In this document: positions 58,816 through 64,000 of the stretch, piece by piece
Layout: each line of letters begins with the position of its first letter
Numbering within the stretch: the stretch's first letter is position 1
Assembly: GCA_963422735.1 (NCBI GenBank)
Contig: OY730476.1
Coordinates: 2,240,001-2,304,000 of the forward strand
DNA: 64,000 nucleotides
From: Candidatus Latescibacterota bacterium
GTDB taxonomy: Bacteria > Latescibacterota > UBA2968 > UBA8231
Direction: 5' to 3'
Made by a program: the position numbers and the translations under genes
The notes under the pieces: model-generated
Told to the model about the DNA's origin: nothing
Seen by the model: only the letters and a program-made list of their open reading frames with translations
Databases searched by the model: none

Positions 58816-60186
58816 ATGGCGATGCACAGCGAAATATACGCGGCCTACGGGGCGGCGCGCCCCCGGTCTCAGGAGTACTTTGCCCGCGCTTGTAAAGTGC
58901 TCGGCGGCAAGGCTGGGCACGACCTGCGCTACGCGACGCCGGTGCCGCTCTACATCGAGCGGGGGGCCGGCGGCCGCAAGTGGGATGTCGATGGCAACGA
59001 GTACATCGACTTCCTGCTCGGCAACGGGGCCCTGCTCTTGGGGCACGCGCCCGCCGAAGTTGTAGCGGCCATTGCCGAGGCCGTGGGGCGAGGGACGCAC
59101 TTTGGCAACGACCATCCACTGCACATCGAGTGGGCCGAGCGCATACAGGCGCTTGTCCCCTCGGCCGAGCGCGTGCGCTTAGTCAATTCGGGGACGGAGG
59201 CGACCCTGCTGGCGCTGCGCTTGGCGCGGGCGTTTACCGGTCGCCGCAAGATCCTGCGCTTTGCCGGCCACTTCCACGGGTGGCACGACGACGTGATGAG
59301 CGGCGTTCAGCCGCCCTTTGACGCAGAGGGCTCATTGGGCATTCCGCCGCAGGTGCGCGAGCATGTGGTCTGCGTACCAGCGGGGGATGCGGACCACGTC
59401 GCCCGCGTCCTCGACACAGAGGGCGATATTGCAGCGGCTATTATCGAGCCGTCGGGGGGATCGTGGGGCCGAGTACCCTTGGCACCGGAGTTTTTGCGCG
59501 ATCTACAAGCAATGACTAGCGCGCACGGGGTGGTGCTGATTTTCGACGAGGTGGTCACCGGCTTTCGCTTCAGTCCGGGCGGTGCCCAAGTGCTCTACGG
59601 GCTGCGGCCGGACCTGTCTTGTTTTGCCAAGGTGGTCGCTGGCGGTATGCCCGGCGGGGCCGTGGTGGGACGGGCGGACATTATGGAGCTTTTCGACGTG
59701 ACGGATGATGCCCGCCCGCGCGTGACGCATCAAGGGACTTTTAACGGAGCACCGCTTTCGGCCGCGGCTGGGATTGCCGTGCTCGAGCGCGTGGCCACGG
59801 GCGAGCCGATAGACCAAGCCAACGCTCGCGCCGCTGAGCTGCGCACCACTTGGGACGAAGTATTGGAGCACCGAGGCATCGCCGGGTACGTATACGGGGT
59901 GTGTTCGACCTTCCACGTCTATTTTGAAACCGATCGCCAGCGCGTACAAAACGCCCACAGCCGGGCGGATTTGTACGCGACTGGGGCCGAGCGGCTCAAG
60001 GGGATGCCGGGGAAGTTGATCGAAGAGTACCAGCGCAATCTGCGCTTTTATGGGGTCGATAACATGAGCTCCACCGGCGGCGTACTCTCGGCGGCGCACA
60101 CGACCCAAGATGTCGAAGAGGCGACCGCGGCGTTTGCCCAGACGGTTGATTCACTCCTAGCACAGGGGCTGATTCTGACGTCGTAG
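58816..60186 (+). CDS. Class III PLP aminotransferase (HemL-like paralog)
   Basis: DVDGNEYID, NSGTEA, FHGWHD, FDEVVTGFR, FAKVVAGGMP; lacks the usual HemL SPVR motif. Confidence 0.85.
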   Translation: MAMHSEIYAAYGAARPRSQEYFARACKVLGGKAGHDLRYATPVPLYIERGAGGRKWDVDGNEYIDFLLGNGALLLGHAPAEVVAAIAEAVGRGTHFGNDHPLHIEWAERIQALVPSAERVRLVNSGTEATLLALRLARAFTGRRKILRFAGHFHGWHDDVMSGVQPPFDAEGSLGIPPQVREHVVCVPAGDADHVARVLDTEGDIAAAIIEPSGGSWGRVPLAPEFLRDLQAMTSAHGVVLIFDEVVTGFRFSPGGAQVLYGLRPDLSCFAKVVAGGMPGGAVVGRADIMELFDVTDDARPRVTHQGTFNGAPLSAAAGIAVLERVATGEPIDQANARAAELRTTWDEVLEHRGIAGYVYGVCSTFHVYFETDRQRVQNAHSRADLYATGAERLKGMPGKLIEEYQRNLRFYGVDNMSSTGGVLSAAHTTQDVEEATAAFAQTVDSLLAQGLILTS

Positions 60187-60265
60187 CACCGTGGCCTTGC
60201 CGTGCGGCGCGGTCGGCTGTAGTTTTTTGTTACATTCCCTTCACATTCTGCCGCGAGGTACGTCT

Positions 60266-61741
60266 ATGGCCGAAGTTGTTCGCCACAACTGTGGTTTGAC
60301 CGTAGCCCACTCTCTGCACGACGCCTACCGCTTTATTCATTCGTTACAGCATCGGGGCCGCGAGGCGGCCGGCATCGCCGCAGTAGGTGACGGCCGCATT
60401 GACGTGATCAAGTGGAAGGGAGGGGTCTCGCGCTTCGACGTAACTGACCTCCACAAAATTTTCCTCAGCCCCAACTACCACACCTACATGGCCCACGTGC
60501 GCTACGCCACTCGCGGCTCGAAGGACAAAATCCTCGAGGAGGCGCATCCGCACGTCATTGGCGGCACGGTCGAACACCGCGACAACCACATTCTGATCTG
60601 GGACTGCGACATGGCGGCCGTCCACAACGGCCAAATTGACCGGATCTTCTTCGAGGACTCGGCTCCCTTGCACCTGTATTCGAGCTGCGATACCGAGGCT
60701 GTGCTCTACCTCTACCGCGAGCGCGGTGGGCACAACTTCCTCAAGGAAGTGCCCGGTGCCTATACCTTGGCCATTGCCGACAAGCGCGAGCGCGACGTGA
60801 TCGCAATACGCGATCGCACCGGGATCAAACCTGGGGTCCTCGGCTGGAAGGACGGCAAGTACGTGATGGCCTCAGAGGACATCGCCTTCCGCAAAAACGG
60901 TGGCGAATACGTCGAGGATTTGGAGCCAGGAGCGATCTACTATCTCACGCCCGAAGGGAACTACAGCAAGGAAGTCGTGGTCGCGACCAACCTCGCCTAT
61001 TGCTTTTTTGAATGGAACTACATCACCGACCTCGACTCGATCATCAATGGCGTCAGCGTGCGCCGCATTCGCGAATCGCTCGGGGAAGTGCTCAGCGAGG
61101 AGTTTCAGCCGCCTGACGTCGATTTGGTTACGTACCTGCCGCGCTGTCCCGAGGTAGCGGCCCGCGCCTACGCCAAGCAGGCGGAACTGCCCTTTGAACC
61201 CGTGTTTTACAAGATGCGCGGCGAGCGCTCGTTCCAAGGTTCGACCGCTGGCGAGCGCAAAGAGTCAATCGACCAGAACCTGCACCTTTTGCCCGGGATG
61301 GCGCAGAAGCTCAAGGGCAAGGCCGTGATCCTGATTGACGACAGCATCATCCGCGGCAACAACTCCAAACGCGCCTGCGACCTGCTCTACAAAGAGGCCG
61401 GCGTCAAGCAGGCTTATTTGGTGAGTTACACGCCGCCGATTGGCATTATCGGCGACGATGGCGTGCCGAGAGGATGCACCTTTGGGGTGGATATGCCGCC
61501 GGATCCACCGCCGGGCGACGAGTTTATCGCACGTGGGCGCACGGCCGAGGCCATCGGCGAGGTCATGGGGATGCCAGTGATTTACTTGTCGTGGCAGGGG
61601 ATGCTAGACGCCTTTGCGCGCGCTGGCCTGCCCGAGCGCGACTTGTGTACGTACTGCATTGGCGGGCGCACGCCCTTTGAAGCGGCCGGTTCGCTAATCC
61701 AAATCGGCGATAGGCCGCAGCTCGACTTGTGGCGGGCTTGA
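60266..61741 (+). CDS. purF: Amidophosphoribosyltransferase (divergent PurF-like)
   Basis: Propeptide then CG; LQHRG, HVRYAT, HNG, PRT motif IDDSIIRG, CFFE, CTFGVDM, CTYC. Confidence 0.8.
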   Translation: MAEVVRHNCGLTVAHSLHDAYRFIHSLQHRGREAAGIAAVGDGRIDVIKWKGGVSRFDVTDLHKIFLSPNYHTYMAHVRYATRGSKDKILEEAHPHVIGGTVEHRDNHILIWDCDMAAVHNGQIDRIFFEDSAPLHLYSSCDTEAVLYLYRERGGHNFLKEVPGAYTLAIADKRERDVIAIRDRTGIKPGVLGWKDGKYVMASEDIAFRKNGGEYVEDLEPGAIYYLTPEGNYSKEVVVATNLAYCFFEWNYITDLDSIINGVSVRRIRESLGEVLSEEFQPPDVDLVTYLPRCPEVAARAYAKQAELPFEPVFYKMRGERSFQGSTAGERKESIDQNLHLLPGMAQKLKGKAVILIDDSIIRGNNSKRACDLLYKEAGVKQAYLVSYTPPIGIIGDDGVPRGCTFGVDMPPDPPPGDEFIARGRTAEAIGEVMGMPVIYLSWQGMLDAFARAGLPERDLCTYCIGGRTPFEAAGSLIQIGDRPQLDLWRA

Positions 61742-61753
61742 AGGTCTGGTCTG

Positions 61754-62668
61754 CTATTCGGCTCCTAGCATTTCGACCCAGTTTTCGGGGTCGTCGGTCT
61801 TAATTCCGGTGAACAATTCCAACTCTTGCTCCATCCACAAGGTGTTGCCCGGCATCAGCTCGCTCAGAGGGCCGACGTTTTCAATCTCGCCAAAGCGCGG
61901 CTTGCCGTCGAAAACCGCGGCCGTGGAGTTGAACATAGTCGCGGTGCCGCCGTCTTCGGGGTATTCGGCGTTAGATGCGTGGGCGACCGTAGATTTGAGC
62001 GCGTTTCCACTCCATATAAAGGCGATCCAACCGGCGTCGCTATTGGTACCGACCTTTTGCCAGCCGTTTTGCGGCTCGACCCGATAGTCGAGCGCGAGCG
62101 CACGGGGGCCTAGGTGGATGCCGATTTCGTTGGGGTCAGTGCTCGGCCAGAACAGCAAGCTGCGGCGGCCCGTGCTGCGCCAGGGCACGACGCCGACACC
62201 CGCATCGGGTCGGATGACGTTAAGGGCCCAACAGGCTACGCGGCGCTTTTCGGCGCGCATGTTTTTGAAGCCGTGGCGGATCTGGAGCACGGGGCGCTCG
62301 CTGTCGAGCGCGACCTCCATGATAAGCTGTAAGCCCGAGCTGTCGTCTGGGGCGGCGGTGAGGCGCACGGAGCGCGCGCCGGTCATCTCAGCGGTGGCTG
62401 GTTGCAAGGCCGGCATCCCGGATTCGGGGATTTGGGTCGGCTCGAAGAACCATGAACGGACGCCGACGTATTCGTATTCTCGGGAGACATGGAGGGGGTT
62501 TTCACCGCCTTTGAGGCGGAAGGCGAGGACCCGTGGATAGGGCGCGGCGATGGCAAAAGCCTCGGCGCGGTCGTTTTCGAGCCAGAAGCCGGCGAAGCCT
62601 TCGTATTGGTCGGTTTGGGCGGCTAGGGGCAGGGCGGTCAAGAGTAAAAAATAGCAAGCGATGTGCAT
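61754..62668 (-). CDS. Exported hypothetical protein (galactose-mutarotase-like/DUF4380-like)
   Basis: Signal peptide; PRVLAF, YPEDGG, EIENVGPL patterns. Confidence 0.55.
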   Translation of the reverse strand: MHIACYFLLLTALPLAAQTDQYEGFAGFWLENDRAEAFAIAAPYPRVLAFRLKGGENPLHVSREYEYVGVRSWFFEPTQIPESGMPALQPATAEMTGARSVRLTAAPDDSSGLQLIMEVALDSERPVLQIRHGFKNMRAEKRRVACWALNVIRPDAGVGVVPWRSTGRRSLLFWPSTDPNEIGIHLGPRALALDYRVEPQNGWQKVGTNSDAGWIAFIWSGNALKSTVAHASNAEYPEDGGTATMFNSTAAVFDGKPRFGEIENVGPLSELMPGNTLWMEQELELFTGIKTDDPENWVEMLGAE

Positions 62669-62750
62669 AGGCGTTGTCTCCGGTCAATTAATTTTGCATG
62701 ATAGGCCCTGAGAGTTGCACTGTCAAACGCGAATCCGAGGAGTAGAAGCG

Positions 62751-63482
62751 ATGATAGTCGAAGAAGTACGGCTGTGGAAATTGACTCGCCGCCACGTGCG
62801 CGAGCGGCTGGAACAGGGCCTGATCAAGGGGGCGATTCTGCCCACCGGCAGCACGGAGCAGCACAACGAGCACTTGGCAATGGAGCACGACACCGCCAGC
62901 GCGGCGCATGTCGCGCACCAAGCGGCCTTGCAGCTATATCCGCAAGTGGTGGTGGCCACGCCCCTGTCGGTGGGCATATCCGAGCACTGGATGGAGTTCC
63001 CCGGCACCTTGAGCCTGCGGCCAGAGACCTTCTTTGCCGTGGCCTACGATGTGTGCGAGTCGCTCAAGCGGCACGGGATTGAGCACGTCCTGATATGCAA
63101 TGGCCACGCCGGCAACGGCCCCTTGGGCGGCCAAGTCGAAGAGTTCAGCAAGCGGCTGGATATGGATGTGCAGTTTTATTCGTATTGGGCGGCGTATTCG
63201 CAGGAGCTGGTCGCCCAAGTGCTGGAGTCCGGGGACTGCCCGGCGCACGCGGCCGAGTTTGAGACCTCGTTTGCCATGGCGGCGTTTCCCGAGAATGTGC
63301 AGTGGAAAGGGGTTGATTACGAGGGAGCCAATCTCCAGATACAGAGCGAAAGCTACGCGCCGCGCGATCCAATATACTTTGAGGCGGGCCGCGACTTGGC
63401 CACGCCCAAGAAAGGCCGGGTGATGGCCGATGTGGCTATTGACTGGGTCGCCGCTAAGATGCGGGAGATGATCGGCGCTTAG
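62751..63482 (+). CDS. Creatininase-family amidohydrolase
   Basis: PTGSTEQHNEHL..D, GISEHWMEFPGTLSL, NGHAGN, HAAEFETS. Confidence 0.92.
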   Translation: MIVEEVRLWKLTRRHVRERLEQGLIKGAILPTGSTEQHNEHLAMEHDTASAAHVAHQAALQLYPQVVVATPLSVGISEHWMEFPGTLSLRPETFFAVAYDVCESLKRHGIEHVLICNGHAGNGPLGGQVEEFSKRLDMDVQFYSYWAAYSQELVAQVLESGDCPAHAAEFETSFAMAAFPENVQWKGVDYEGANLQIQSESYAPRDPIYFEAGRDLATPKKGRVMADVAIDWVAAKMREMIGA

Positions 63483-63533
63483 GGAAGGAATGGGTGTCCG
63501 GGCCAATGGGCGTTGCTGTAGCAAGGAGAGCGT

Positions 63534-63803
63534 ATGAAGAAAGGGGCTTCTAGAAAACTCACCAGTGAGCAGGAGGTGGAGATTGAATCACTTGCGCCCC
63601 TTCCCGACGAGAAAATCGATGCGAGCGACATATCCGAGCTTCTGGATTGGTCCGATGCCAGACGAGAGCAGCAGATCACGCTGAGGCTGGATGCCGATGT
63701 GGTGGCATGGTTCAGGGCAAACGCCCCAGACGGACGGGGATATCAGACCGAGATCAATCGCGTACTTCGCGAGCACACCAAGTTGACTCTGAGGCAAACG
63801 TAA
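63534..63803 (+). CDS. BrnA-family antitoxin (no adjacent BrnT)
   Basis: IDASDISEL, QITLRLDADVVAWFR, GYQTEINRVLR. Confidence 0.88.
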   Translation: MKKGASRKLTSEQEVEIESLAPLPDEKIDASDISELLDWSDARREQQITLRLDADVVAWFRANAPDGRGYQTEINRVLREHTKLTLRQT

Positions 63804-63950
63804 GTGCAGTGTTGACGACCGCTTGGCGCCTTGATCTCTGACCCCGGTTCACATCCTCGACCGAGATTGCAGACGCCAGCACCAGCTCCCTTGACGAAGA
63901 TATTTGCCGCATGGTGCTGTTAGATATGACCTCAACCCAATAGGTGTACT

Positions 63951-64000
63951 ATGAGGGAGCTTACGGAGCGGGTTGCTAAGCTCGAAGGCGCGTATAACCA
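63951..64000 (+). CDS. Start of probable small coiled-coil protein (truncated by window)
   Basis: AGGTG RBS; MRELTERVAKLEGAYN resembles DRIGRLEGITE of the 5220-5474 ORF. Confidence 0.4.
   Translation, partial: MRELTERVAKLEGAYN

Noticed and set aside
58816-60186. hemL gene symbol
   Set aside because: Lacks the N-terminal SPVR signature and has no tetrapyrrole gene context.
63860-63930. Integron attC site (GTTAGAT after cagcacca/tggtgctg inverted repeat; similar GTTAGAT at ~45631)
   Set aside because: No matching RYYYAAC inverse core and no integrase or cassette array.

Overview
GC-rich bacterial window that appears to be a chromosomal accessory or catabolic region. The gene content (FlgD-type C-terminal domains, TWGxxK-tailed proteins, sulfatase, PhyH, Gfo/Idh/MocA and enolase-superfamily enzymes, many TA remnants) suggests an FCB-group organism such as Latescibacterota; this assignment is inference only. 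The most striking feature is a ~24 kb cell-envelope locus (26.8-50.2 kb) around tRNA-Val(TAC). It encodes five paralogous exported 635-777 aa proteins in two subtypes, each with a TP(N/Q)GD-x-x-N(D/E) C-terminal domain and a terminal Tyr. It also encodes a large predicted outer-membrane beta-barrel with Asp/Asn-rich Ca-binding-like loops, a lipoprotein, a TPR protein and two proteins with a C-terminal (T/S)WGxxK tail. The rest of the window holds catabolic enzymes, an Opp-type ABC cluster without ATPase, glnB, a divergent purF, MNT-HEPN and VapBC modules, a collapsed type I R-M island, an IS5 remnant, MITE/REP-like elements and a family of heptamer tandem repeats. Many pseudogenes are eroded by internal deletions and nonsense changes. 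No CRISPR array or rRNA is seen. All calls come from reading motifs by eye; no database searches were run.
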